Of a stretch of DNA of 64,000 nt, positions 29,415-37,511 are shown piece after piece (positions within the stretch are counted from its first letter, which is position 1; every line of letters begins with the position of its first letter). The notes beneath the pieces were generated by a model. It did not search any database. It saw only the letters and a list, made by a program, of their open reading frames with translations, and was not told where the DNA came from. The position numbers and the translations under genes are program-made. The DNA is taken from the NCBI GenBank assembly GCA_944345705.1, contig CALVML010000005.1:11282-75281 (forward strand), written 5' to 3'. Source of the DNA: an uncultured Clostridia bacterium. GTDB taxonomy: Bacteria > Bacillota > Clostridia > Christensenellales > UBA1242.

Positions 29415-30227
29415 GTGGCAGAAAGAAGAATGTTTAGTAAATCAATAATCGATAGTGATGCTTTTTTAGACATGCCACAAAGTAGTCAATTATTGTATTT
29501 CCATTTATGCATGAGAGCGGATGATGATGGATTTATAGATAATCCAAAATCAATAATGCGTAATGTTGGATGTAAAGAAGATGATATGAAGGTGCTTATT
29601 GCAAAACAGTTTATTTTCCCCTTTGAAAGTGGGGTGGTAGTAATTAGGCATTGGCTCATACACAACTATATCCAAAAAGATCGGTACAAAGAAACTAAAT
29701 ATTTAAGTGAAAAATCAACACTTTCAACAGATAATAACAAGGCTTATATATTAGTTGAAAAAGACTTGGATACAAAATGTATACAATCTGTATCCAAAAT
29801 GGATACGCAGGTTAGTATAGAGTTAGGTAAGTATAGTAAAGAGTTAGATAGTCTGTCTATAAATAAAAATAATAATTATCTTGATAGTGTGCGTGCGTGC
29901 GCGCGAGAAGAAGAGCTTGAGCAAATTTTTACTGATCATTTTAAAGACTACTTTTATTATTGGGGATTTGATAAGGAAGATAAGCAAACGTTTAATGAAG
30001 TTATTCAAGTTCTTTCGCAAGCTGTTATCAAATCGAGAGCTGGAGAGCTTCGTTATTTTCAAATGCTTGTGCCATTAGATGAACTTTGTCGCCTAATAGA
30101 TAATCTAGACGAGCAAGATATTCACGATATTGTATGGCAGGTACTAAACAATCAAGATATTAGAGATAGATATTTGTACATATTGGGTGCGCTTCTTAAT
30201 CGAGCAAAAGAGAAGGCACTAGAATGA
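29415..30227 (+). CDS. phage replication initiation / replisome organizer protein
   Basis: GTG start after GGAGG. AERRMFSKSIIDSDAFLDMPQSSQLLYFHLCMRADDDGFIDNPKSI is the conserved N-terminus of Firmicutes phage replication organizers. Confidence 0.65.
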   Translation: MAERRMFSKSIIDSDAFLDMPQSSQLLYFHLCMRADDDGFIDNPKSIMRNVGCKEDDMKVLIAKQFIFPFESGVVVIRHWLIHNYIQKDRYKETKYLSEKSTLSTDNNKAYILVEKDLDTKCIQSVSKMDTQVSIELGKYSKELDSLSINKNNNYLDSVRACAREEELEQIFTDHFKDYFYYWGFDKEDKQTFNEVIQVLSQAVIKSRAGELRYFQMLVPLDELCRLIDNLDEQDIHDIVWQVLNNQDIRDRYLYILGALLNRAKEKALE

Positions 30228-30502
30228 AGAGCATCATGCAGAACAATAGAGAGTGCTATATATGCCATGCGTGCACAAACCTTCATTTGCACCATATCTA
30301 CTTTGGTAAAAATCGAAGGATAAGCGATAAGAATGGTTTTACATGCTACTTATGTTACGACCATCACGAAGGCACATATGGGGTACATGGCATGTATGGA
30401 CATGAATTGGATCTAAAGCTGAAACAAGACTGTCAGCAAGAATTTGAAAAAGATAAAAGTCGAAAAGAGTTTGTAGCTCTTATAGGGAGAAATTACTTAT
30501 GA
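30224..30502 (+). CDS. Cys/His-rich HNH/Ref-like small nuclease (tentative)
   Basis: CYICHAC..LHLHHIYFG..RRISDKNGFTCYLCYDHHEGTYGVHG has the pattern C..C...HH....R.SD..G....LC..HH.G..GVH. Confidence 0.45.
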   Translation: MKSIMQNNRECYICHACTNLHLHHIYFGKNRRISDKNGFTCYLCYDHHEGTYGVHGMYGHELDLKLKQDCQQEFEKDKSRKEFVALIGRNYL

Positions 30503-30609
30503 AACTAATTTATAGAAATCACATTGAAAAAATCAAATTTCAAAAACTTGAAGAAGAAATAAGTATTATTCGTAATTTACTCAATGTAAAGAAGGAGAAT
30601 AAATTATGA
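30499..30609 (+). CDS. small hypothetical protein (36 aa)
   Basis: ATGA overlaps at both ends suggest coupling. Below the ORF-track cutoff. Confidence 0.3.
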   Translation: MKLIYRNHIEKIKFQKLEEEISIIRNLLNVKKENKL

Positions 30610-31088
30610 CAAAACAAGAGTTAGAGAAAGCCATAGAGAACGGCGAGAGTGTGTGGATTAATGGTATTGAACATAAACTTAATAAATATTATTTTGTAGC
30701 AGAATACAATAACGAACCAACTTTATATTTAATGACTTGCGGTTATGAAGAAGATGATTGGAATAACTACCCAGTTGCAACAATAACAAATATATACAAA
30801 ACCAAAGCCGAAGCCGAACACTACTTGCACCACGCAAACATTGTGAGAACCGAAGAGTTGCCGTTCTTGACTTGGGAAGAGTTTAACAAAGGCAATAGAC
30901 TTATAAGATTTATCGGTAAGAATGGAGAACGGTGTAAGCTTGAAGGCTATCAAAGTGATGATACACAAGGTGGATTTATTGATATCGTTGTTAATGGAAC
31001 TGGCTCTCATATTGATTATGATTATACCGAAGCCAACTTTTACAAAGCCTATGACGAGTGCGTAAGGCTGTTTAAGGGGGAAGAATGA
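30606..31088 (+). CDS. hypothetical protein (160 aa)
   Basis: RBS AAGGAGAA. No recognised motif. Confidence 0.6.
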   Translation: MTKQELEKAIENGESVWINGIEHKLNKYYFVAEYNNEPTLYLMTCGYEEDDWNNYPVATITNIYKTKAEAEHYLHHANIVRTEELPFLTWEEFNKGNRLIRFIGKNGERCKLEGYQSDDTQGGFIDIVVNGTGSHIDYDYTEANFYKAYDECVRLFKGEE

Positions 31089-31798
31089 AATATATAGCAT
31101 TTTGTTCGTATGGCAAAGACAGTTTAGCAATGATTATTAAAATTAAAGAACTTAATATGTCACTCGACGAAGTGGTTTATTGTGATATCAGATTCGATGA
31201 TGAACCATTAAGTGGAGAAACTCCAGAAATGCGAGAGTTTATTCCAAAAGCCGATAAAATACTTGAAGAAAAATTTGGTATAAAAGTTAAGCATATCACT
31301 TCAAAATGGAACTTTAAAAATCATTTTTACAGAGTGAAACAAAAAGGTAATCATATTGGTGATAATTATGGGTTTCCTTATATAGTCGGAGCTTGGTGCA
31401 ATGCGAGATTAAAAATGGAACCTATAAGAGAATATCTCAAGCAATTCAAAGAACCAGTAATTCAATATATAGGCATTGCTTATGACGAGCCTAAAAGATA
31501 TGAAAGGCAGAGAACGAAAGGGAATATTTGTCCTTTGGTTGATTTAAAAATAACAGAACAAGAAGCCTTAGAGATTTGTAAAAAGTATGATTTACTAAGT
31601 CCAATTTATGAAAGTAGTTTTCGTGGTGGTTGTTGGTTTTGTCCAAAACAAAGTTTAGCTCAGTTGAAATGGTTGTATAACAATCATAAAGATTTATGGG
31701 ACAAACTAAAATCAATGGAAAAAGACAGCCACAACACATTTAAACCGAATGTAACATTAACTAACCTTGAAAAAAGATTTAAAAAGGAGCAGTTATGA
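31085..31798 (+). CDS. PAPS-reductase-like (PP-loop ATPase family) protein
   Basis: N-terminal PP-loop variant AFCSYGKDSLAM, WCNARLKMEPI, and C-terminal GGCWFCPKQ. Confidence 0.7.
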   Translation: MKYIAFCSYGKDSLAMIIKIKELNMSLDEVVYCDIRFDDEPLSGETPEMREFIPKADKILEEKFGIKVKHITSKWNFKNHFYRVKQKGNHIGDNYGFPYIVGAWCNARLKMEPIREYLKQFKEPVIQYIGIAYDEPKRYERQRTKGNICPLVDLKITEQEALEICKKYDLLSPIYESSFRGGCWFCPKQSLAQLKWLYNNHKDLWDKLKSMEKDSHNTFKPNVTLTNLEKRFKKEQL

Positions 31799-32061
31799 AA
31801 AGAACATTAGAATTGCCTTGTGATATAAACGATTTGGTTTATACATTGGGTGTAAAAAGAGCATTAGAAACTTTACTCACTGCTGGTGAGGTCATACCAA
31901 GAACTGTTGACGAGATTATTATCAATTCAAGAGGAATTGAAATTCATAGTGAAAGGACTAGAGAAGACGATAATAATTTTTATGGATATATTGGTGAAAC
32001 TGTTTTTTTGACTAGACAGGAAGCAGAAGAGAAATTAAAAAAATTAAAGGAGCAGTTATGA
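31795..32061 (+). CDS. hypothetical protein (88 aa)
   Basis: ATGA-coupled start preceded by the conserved AAAGGAGCAGTT junction. Confidence 0.55.
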   Translation: MKRTLELPCDINDLVYTLGVKRALETLLTAGEVIPRTVDEIIINSRGIEIHSERTREDDNNFYGYIGETVFLTRQEAEEKLKKLKEQL

Positions 32062-32276
32062 AAGAAGAATTTTATTTAGTAGCGTGTATTATATCTTGGA
32101 TTATATCAATAGGCTCATTTATAACAACAATGGTCTTTCAAATTGTTTTATCTATACAAAGATATGGTGTAATTTTTGGAAATAATACGGTTATTATTCC
32201 GCATTGGAGTTTAGCTTTTATTGGTAGTGGAGTTTTATTTGGAATTTTGGGATGGTTATTCTCAACTAAATTATAA
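32058..32276 (+). CDS. small membrane protein (72 aa, 2 TM)
   Basis: LVACIISWIISIGSFITTMVFQIVL and LAFIGSGVLFGILGWLF hydrophobic segments. Confidence 0.55.
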   Translation: MKEEFYLVACIISWIISIGSFITTMVFQIVLSIQRYGVIFGNNTVIIPHWSLAFIGSGVLFGILGWLFSTKL

Positions 32277-32287
32277 AAGGAGCAGTT

Positions 32288-32623
32288 ATGAAAGAAACAA
32301 AAGTGTATGTAGATGAGTTGCCGAAGAGTTGTGTTGGTTGCAAACATTTTGCAGAAAATAGGCGACAATGTAATTTAGAATTGTGTTTGCACTGGAGTGA
32401 AGAAAAACAAAAATATAACGATTGTCCACTCAAAAGTCTGCACGAATATAAAAAAGAGTTGGTGGCGAAAGTGCTGGATAAAATAAAAATGTTAGCAAAA
32501 GACAACTTTGATTTTGATATGTGTAATGAGTGTGGTGAATTTGTTCACAATGACAATGTTTTAACAGAAAGTGATTTCAATAAAGTTTTAAATCAAATAC
32601 AAAAGGAGTTTGAGAATGTTTAA
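32288..32623 (+). CDS. Cys-rich hypothetical protein (111 aa)
   Basis: CVGC..., CNLELC, CNECG motifs. RBS AAAGGAG. Confidence 0.55.
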   Translation: MKETKVYVDELPKSCVGCKHFAENRRQCNLELCLHWSEEKQKYNDCPLKSLHEYKKELVAKVLDKIKMLAKDNFDFDMCNECGEFVHNDNVLTESDFNKVLNQIQKEFENV

Positions 32624-33020
32624 TTATAATAAAGATGAATTATTTGGGAGATACTGCTTTATTGAACAAAAAAGATATGGTGTTCCAAATGAAAAATTTT
32701 TATATAAAATTATTGGCACTTTTCAAAGTAATGCCTGGAGTGAAGTTCCTGTTGATGCTAATGATAGAGATATGAAATTGCATAACCATTCCGAAAAAGT
32801 AGTAAATGTGATTTGTTGTGGTGTTTGTGAAGAAAAAGTTGAAAGATATAGACTTTGCGATGTTTATGTTTTGTCTAACCAAGAAGACACCAAGTGGCAG
32901 AAGCTGAAAGAGTGGATTGAAGAAAGAGAGAAAAAACATACGCTGATGTTAAAAGCATCTGCACTTGAAGATATTGAGATTTTAAATAAAATGCAAGAGT
33001 TGGAGGGAGAAGATGAGTGA
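32616..33020 (+). CDS. hypothetical protein (134 aa)
   Basis: ATG 7 nt after AAGGAG (the ORF-track start at 32610 is a TTG). Confidence 0.55.
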   Translation: MFNYNKDELFGRYCFIEQKRYGVPNEKFLYKIIGTFQSNAWSEVPVDANDRDMKLHNHSEKVVNVICCGVCEEKVERYRLCDVYVLSNQEDTKWQKLKEWIEEREKKHTLMLKASALEDIEILNKMQELEGEDE

Positions 33021-33768
33021 TAAATTCAGTCTATACCAAACAGACGGACTTTGGGGAATTATTGAAAATACTTTTAATGAAAAGCAAACATCAATAAAAT
33101 CGTATTTTGGTTCAGATTTAATTATAAAACGTCTTAATGAACAAGCCGAGCAAATCGACCAACTCAAACAGCAACTCGAAATCCAGTCGAGCGTGTTGAA
33201 ACAAACTCGTGAGAAGTTATCGAAAGCGGAGCACGATAGGGATAGGTATCGAGACAAAATCAAGGAACAGCAAGAGCAACTCGCCAAAAAAGAAAATATG
33301 CACCCATTAGACGAGAAATTATTTCAACATTATTGTGCTTATAAACACATAGAGCCTGAGATAAAGGGTTGTCTAGATAGAGATAGAGAAAGGGAATATA
33401 TAAAACAACTCACTGAAAAGCAAAAGACGATTGACGAGATAAATAAAGAGTTTGTGCAATCAGTCCACGACTGGAAAGCATTGTGTGCTGAAAAAGACAA
33501 AGAGATTGAGAAACTAAAACAACAATATACTATTTTAGAAAATGAGAATGGTAAACTCACAACAGAGTTAATTATGGACAAATATAAAAAGGCAAAAAAG
33601 GAAGTGTCTTTTGGAAAGCAACTCGCAATTCAGGAACTTGCAGAAGTCGAAAGATTGTTATATGAAAGTCATTATAAAGAAATTGACAATAGATATTATG
33701 CTGAATATGAAGATATTAAGAATTTGATTGATAGCCGAATACAAGCATTAGAAGAGTTAAAAGGATAG
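33013..33768 (+). CDS. coiled-coil hypothetical protein (251 aa)
   Basis: Long K/E/Q-rich heptad stretches. Coupled start. Confidence 0.6.
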   Translation: MSDKFSLYQTDGLWGIIENTFNEKQTSIKSYFGSDLIIKRLNEQAEQIDQLKQQLEIQSSVLKQTREKLSKAEHDRDRYRDKIKEQQEQLAKKENMHPLDEKLFQHYCAYKHIEPEIKGCLDRDREREYIKQLTEKQKTIDEINKEFVQSVHDWKALCAEKDKEIEKLKQQYTILENENGKLTTELIMDKYKKAKKEVSFGKQLAIQELAEVERLLYESHYKEIDNRYYAEYEDIKNLIDSRIQALEELKG

Positions 33769-33772
33769 AAAG

Positions 33773-34018
33773 ATGTTAAAGATTAAAGCAGATAAAATGA
33801 AAGACTTGGAAAAGTTTAAATTAGAATATCATCGAGAGCAAAGAAACATATATGAACATTATAGTTATGTAACAAAAGGTGATTTTTGTAACGATGAATT
33901 ACATTTGTGCGTATGGTGTCATAATAGAGAAATTAAAGCATTTGATAGAGAAGGACACGATTTATTGTTTGACTTAATCACTTCTGGCATGGTCGAAAAG
34001 GTGGTGGAAGATGAGTAA
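33773..34018 (+). CDS. hypothetical protein (81 aa)
   Basis: ORF in the colinear early operon. Confidence 0.5.
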   Translation: MLKIKADKMKDLEKFKLEYHREQRNIYEHYSYVTKGDFCNDELHLCVWCHNREIKAFDREGHDLLFDLITSGMVEKVVEDE

Positions 34019-34313
34019 GTATTGGTTTGCTAATGAGAAGCAGAAAAAAGCAGTAGTTCCATTTAAACATTTTTCAGAAGAGAAAGCCAGATTATATAGG
34101 CTAGAAGATGACAATATAAGATTTAAACAAAAGGTTTTAGATGCTTGGCAGGCTCAAAATAATATTTTAGGGCTTTTAACAACTATGACACTTGCTTGTA
34201 GAAGTAATAAAACAATTAGATTAGATGAAGAAGATTGTAAGTTCTTATATGACATAGCAAGCGGGCGAGTTCAATTAGACTTTCCAAAATTAGATGAGGT
34301 GGGAAATGAGTAA
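34011..34313 (+). CDS. hypothetical protein (100 aa)
   Basis: Start inside the GAAGATGAGTAAG junction. Confidence 0.5.
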   Translation: MSKYWFANEKQKKAVVPFKHFSEEKARLYRLEDDNIRFKQKVLDAWQAQNNILGLLTTMTLACRSNKTIRLDEEDCKFLYDIASGRVQLDFPKLDEVGNE

Positions 34314-34521
34314 GACAGAGTATGCGTGGGTTATTCAGAGAAATGATGGGATGTATGTAAATTTTATGGACAATGACGACTTGACTTGGTATGAACACAC
34401 TTGGCAAGCAACAATGACTTGGAGTAAATATAAAGCCGAAAAAGACATTATCCTTTGGAAATTACAAAACTGCCGACCAGTCAAAGTAAAAATTGAGATA
34501 GTAGGAGAAGAAGATGAGTAA
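34306..34521 (+). CDS. hypothetical protein (71 aa)
   Basis: ATG after GAGGTGGG, at the ATGAGTAAGACAGA junction. Confidence 0.5.
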   Translation: MSKTEYAWVIQRNDGMYVNFMDNDDLTWYEHTWQATMTWSKYKAEKDIILWKLQNCRPVKVKIEIVGEEDE

Positions 34522-34924
34522 GACAGAAAAAGCAACAAGAGAATATTTAGAAACATTATCAAAAGACCAAGTAATAGACCTTTGTTTGCAATTTATGTTT
34601 GATGCCGAAATTTCAGAACAGCAACTCGACCAAGCGAACGAAAGACTGAAAGGTGCGATTGTGCCGAAGTTTAAGATTGGGCAAGAAGTATTTATCGTTA
34701 ATACTGACTACTATTACAAAAAAGACTACAAAGTTGAAAAACATAAAATAGTTGGAATAGAAGATAAAGTTGACCGAAAAAATACTTATGTTAGGTGGTA
34801 TTCGTTAGAATTTAAGGATTGCCCAGCGAGTTATAGCAAACGATATAAGTTTTTAGAAAAAAATGTTTTCGCTACAGAAACCGAAGCCGAGAAAAAACTA
34901 CAAGAACTGCGAGGTGGGGAATGA
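34514..34924 (+). CDS. hypothetical protein (136 aa)
   Basis: ATGAGTAAGACAGA junction start. Confidence 0.55.
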   Translation: MSKTEKATREYLETLSKDQVIDLCLQFMFDAEISEQQLDQANERLKGAIVPKFKIGQEVFIVNTDYYYKKDYKVEKHKIVGIEDKVDRKNTYVRWYSLEFKDCPASYSKRYKFLEKNVFATETEAEKKLQELRGGE

Positions 34925-35583
34925 AACAAACAAAGATAGATTGGTGCGATTGCACGATAAACCCTGTTGTTGGTTGTAAGAATGGTTGTCCTTACTGCTA
35001 TGCAAGAAAAATAAATAACCGTTTTCATTTTATTGAAGATTGGAGTGAACCACAATTTTTTCCTGAAAGACTAAAACAATTGAACTCCAAAAAACCAAAA
35101 TCAATTTTTATGGATAGTATGAGTGATATTGGTTGGTGGAAAGAAGAATGGTGTGATAGAGTTTACAGTGAAATATATAAAAATCCACAACATACTTATA
35201 TATTTTTAACTAAATGTGAAGAGTTAAATATGCCTTATTATTTAAGTCAAGGTAAATTAGCAAATAGAGTATTTTTTGGACAATCACGAACACAGGGTAT
35301 TGTATATAATGGTTTTAACGAGAAATACAGAGATTTTTTAAGTTTAGAGCCTTTGCTTGGACCAGTATATTTTAATGGATTTGGTGGAATTAGACAAGTC
35401 ATAATAGGTGCTGAAACAGGTAACAGAAAAGGCAAAGTTATACCAAAGAAAGAATGGATAGATGACATAGTTAAACAATGCGACAAAGCAAAAGTTAGGG
35501 TGTTTATGAAATCAAGCCTAAAAGATATTATGGGCGAAGATTTTAGACAAGACAAACTAATATGGGATGTGAATGATGGATAA
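34921..35583 (+). CDS. phage Gp37/Gp68 family protein (DUF5131)
   Basis: N-terminus TKIDWCDCTINPVVGCKNGCPYCYARK matches the tkIeW.d.t.NP..GC....C..CYA signature of that family. Confidence 0.7.
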   Translation: MKQTKIDWCDCTINPVVGCKNGCPYCYARKINNRFHFIEDWSEPQFFPERLKQLNSKKPKSIFMDSMSDIGWWKEEWCDRVYSEIYKNPQHTYIFLTKCEELNMPYYLSQGKLANRVFFGQSRTQGIVYNGFNEKYRDFLSLEPLLGPVYFNGFGGIRQVIIGAETGNRKGKVIPKKEWIDDIVKQCDKAKVRVFMKSSLKDIMGEDFRQDKLIWDVNDG

Positions 35584-35740
35584 TGACGAATTTAAACAAA
35601 TAGAATTAGAAATTAAAAAACTAAATGTAAAAGAAAATCAACTAATAAGGGAATTAAAACAAATACAAAAAGTAAAAATTGAACTTGCAATGATTTTGGT
35701 TAGTGATGACTACGCTAAACAAGTGTTAAAAGGAGAATAA
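35576..35740 (+). CDS. small coiled-coil protein (54 aa)
   Basis: MDNDEFKQIELEIKKLNVKENQLIRELKQIQK... Below the ORF-track cutoff and fills an otherwise empty gap. Confidence 0.35.
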   Translation: MDNDEFKQIELEIKKLNVKENQLIRELKQIQKVKIELAMILVSDDYAKQVLKGE

Positions 35741-35741
35741 T

Positions 35742-36320
35742 ATGGGACAAAGATTAAATATTGAGATACAAAGAAAGAACAAAACTTTGGCAAATTCATA
35801 TTATCACTGGTCGGCTTATTCTAGTTCTGCCTGTGAATTAGCACAACAAATAGTAAATTATATAGATAATAATCCACAAAATTGTGATGATGTATTATAT
35901 GCTATTAGGATTTTAGAACATACAGGAGCAGGATTGACAGATAATCTTTTACCAAGTGAATTAAAAACTGCACAAGAGATGTTTCCAAATGAAAAATTTA
36001 AAGAATGCAAAGGCAGGAATTATGGATTGTTAGCAATAACTGATAAAGGTATAGAAGAAACAAGAGATTGGGAAGAAGGAAGAGTTACGATAAATTTAGA
36101 TAATAAAACAATAAATTTTGAAGTTTACTGGGAATACGACCCTACTGAAGAAGATTACTATGACACGAAACCACAATTTAAAAAATTAGGATTGAATTTA
36201 AATAATTTAAAATTTACTGAACTTGACGAATTAGCGGAACAAATCAATTTTACTGAACATTCTAATCGAAGAATTATAGAAGAACTTCCAAATGGAAAGA
36301 AAATTAAATTTATTTATTAG
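35742..36320 (+). CDS. hypothetical protein (192 aa)
   Basis: RBS AAAGGAGAA. No recognised motif. Confidence 0.6.
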   Translation: MGQRLNIEIQRKNKTLANSYYHWSAYSSSACELAQQIVNYIDNNPQNCDDVLYAIRILEHTGAGLTDNLLPSELKTAQEMFPNEKFKECKGRNYGLLAITDKGIEETRDWEEGRVTINLDNKTINFEVYWEYDPTEEDYYDTKPQFKKLGLNLNNLKFTELDELAEQINFTEHSNRRIIEELPNGKKIKFIY

Positions 36321-36330
36321 GGAGAATGAT

Positions 36331-36741
36331 ATGGCAGAAAGATTGACAAGAAATAATAAAGTTAATTTTTGCTTTCACGATGAGGCTTCTAATATGGTAT
36401 ATTATAGACTTCAAGATTTGGAAGATATTATGGAAAAGTATGGCATCGAGAGTGTGGAAGAATTGGAAGAAAAATTAAATGAGCCAGAGAGAATTTGGAA
36501 TGCCAATTTAAAGGATTTAAAACAACAAGTTAAGCGAGAAATAAACAAAGAACTTGAAACTGACCGTGACACTTGGAAAAGGGCTTGTGAGTTGGCAGTA
36601 TTATGGATTGCTCAAGAACTCAAAGTATTACCGAAAAATATTAAAAAGTCAGAGTTTGAATTTGAAGATGAAATGATTATCGAAGAAAATACAAATTACT
36701 TCTACCAGCAAGCGAAAAAGGAAGGTGAACATGGAAATTAA
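36331..36741 (+). CDS. hypothetical protein (136 aa)
   Basis: ATG after AGGGAGAA. Confidence 0.55.
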   Translation: MAERLTRNNKVNFCFHDEASNMVYYRLQDLEDIMEKYGIESVEELEEKLNEPERIWNANLKDLKQQVKREINKELETDRDTWKRACELAVLWIAQELKVLPKNIKKSEFEFEDEMIIEENTNYFYQQAKKEGEHGN

Positions 36742-37183
36742 ACAAGCACTTGAAGAACTTAATATGTATCGAAAGACTAAAAAGCGAATGAGTTACATAA
36801 AAGAACGAATAGCTGAGCTACAAGACCGCATATATTCGCTTGGTGGTGCTACTGAAAATCTAGGAGTGCAAGGCGGACGAGCTTCAAAAGAAGATAGGGT
36901 AATTGCTTTGCTGGATAAGATAAAGGTCTATCGCAACGATTTAATTAATGCAGAAATGTATAGTTTATGTTTGCAGAATGACATTGAAAGAAAGATATAC
37001 AAGTTAAGAGAGCCTTATTGTTCGGTGTTAAGAGGTTATTATGTGGAAAACAAAAGCTATGAAAGATTAGCTGTTGAAATGCACTATACTTTTGAAAGCA
37101 TAAAGCAAATCAAAAGAAGGGCAGTTAATGAATATTCTAAATTACCACAATTATATGATAATGAATATTATGTGAATATATAA
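36731..37183 (+). CDS. ArpU/RinA-like late transcriptional regulator (sigma-70 region-4-like)
   Basis: C-terminal SYERLAVEMHYTFESIKQIKRRAVNEYSKL resembles a region-4 HTH. About 150 aa, and the last gene before the packaging module, as for RinA/ArpU. Confidence 0.6.
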   Translation: MEIKQALEELNMYRKTKKRMSYIKERIAELQDRIYSLGGATENLGVQGGRASKEDRVIALLDKIKVYRNDLINAEMYSLCLQNDIERKIYKLREPYCSVLRGYYVENKSYERLAVEMHYTFESIKQIKRRAVNEYSKLPQLYDNEYYVNI

Positions 37184-37187
37184 AAAT

Positions 37188-37208
37188 TGTTCACTTTTGT
37201 TCACTTTT
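37188..37208 (+). repeat. tandem TGTTCACTTT(T) repeat just upstream of a TATAAT box
   Basis: TGTTCACTTTTGTTCACTTTT, followed by TATAAT at 37216-37221. Confidence 0.6.
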
Positions 37209-37227
37209 TATGTTTTATAATAGTATT

Positions 37228-37414
37228 GTGGAAAAATGAAAAGAGTTGGACAAGCCACAGGTAAGAGCAAGCGTGCAAAGTGGTCGCTGAAATCAGCATC
37301 TTGCCTCCACTCCTTTAAATTGATTTAGGTGGAACATGCGTCACCCCTCCTATTATGTTTAATATCAACTACACTTGACGCAGACCGGTGGGGTGATCAC
37401 GGTGTAGTTATGTC
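37228..37414 (+). ncRNA. candidate structured leader RNA of the late (packaging) operon
   Basis: Noticeably more GC-rich than its flanks. Hairpins GCTG-AAAT-CAGC (37286-37297) and AACTACAC/GTGTAGTT (37368-37375/37402-37409). Competing pairings TGCGTCA/TGACGCA and TCACCCC/GGGGTGA. No family recognised. Confidence 0.35.
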
Positions 37415-37446
37415 AAAAAGAATGATGTGCATGTCATTCTTTTTTT
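37415..37446 (+). terminator. intrinsic terminator inside the late-operon leader
   Basis: AAAAAGAATGAT-GTGCAT-GTCATTCTTTTTTT. Stem 37420-37426/37433-37439 with A/U extension, and a 7-T run at 37440-37446. Confidence 0.5.
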
Positions 37447-37511
37447 ATGGAAGCAAGAGATTGAAGTCTGTGCAACTCAGACAGCTTTCAAATATATAAA
37501 AGGAGTTGATA

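Noticed and set aside
37236-37325. 29-aa basic ORF (MKRVGQATGKSKRAKWSLKSASCLHSFKLI) inside the late leader
   Set aside because: It has only a weak GGA upstream, and the region looks better explained by RNA structure. Coding capacity cannot be excluded.
37228-37414. Assigning the leader to a known riboswitch/ribozyme class (c-di-GMP, preQ1, hammerhead, twister)
   Set aside because: I could not find the conserved cores (for example CUGANGA...GAAA) or the characteristic helices by eye. It is left unclassified.
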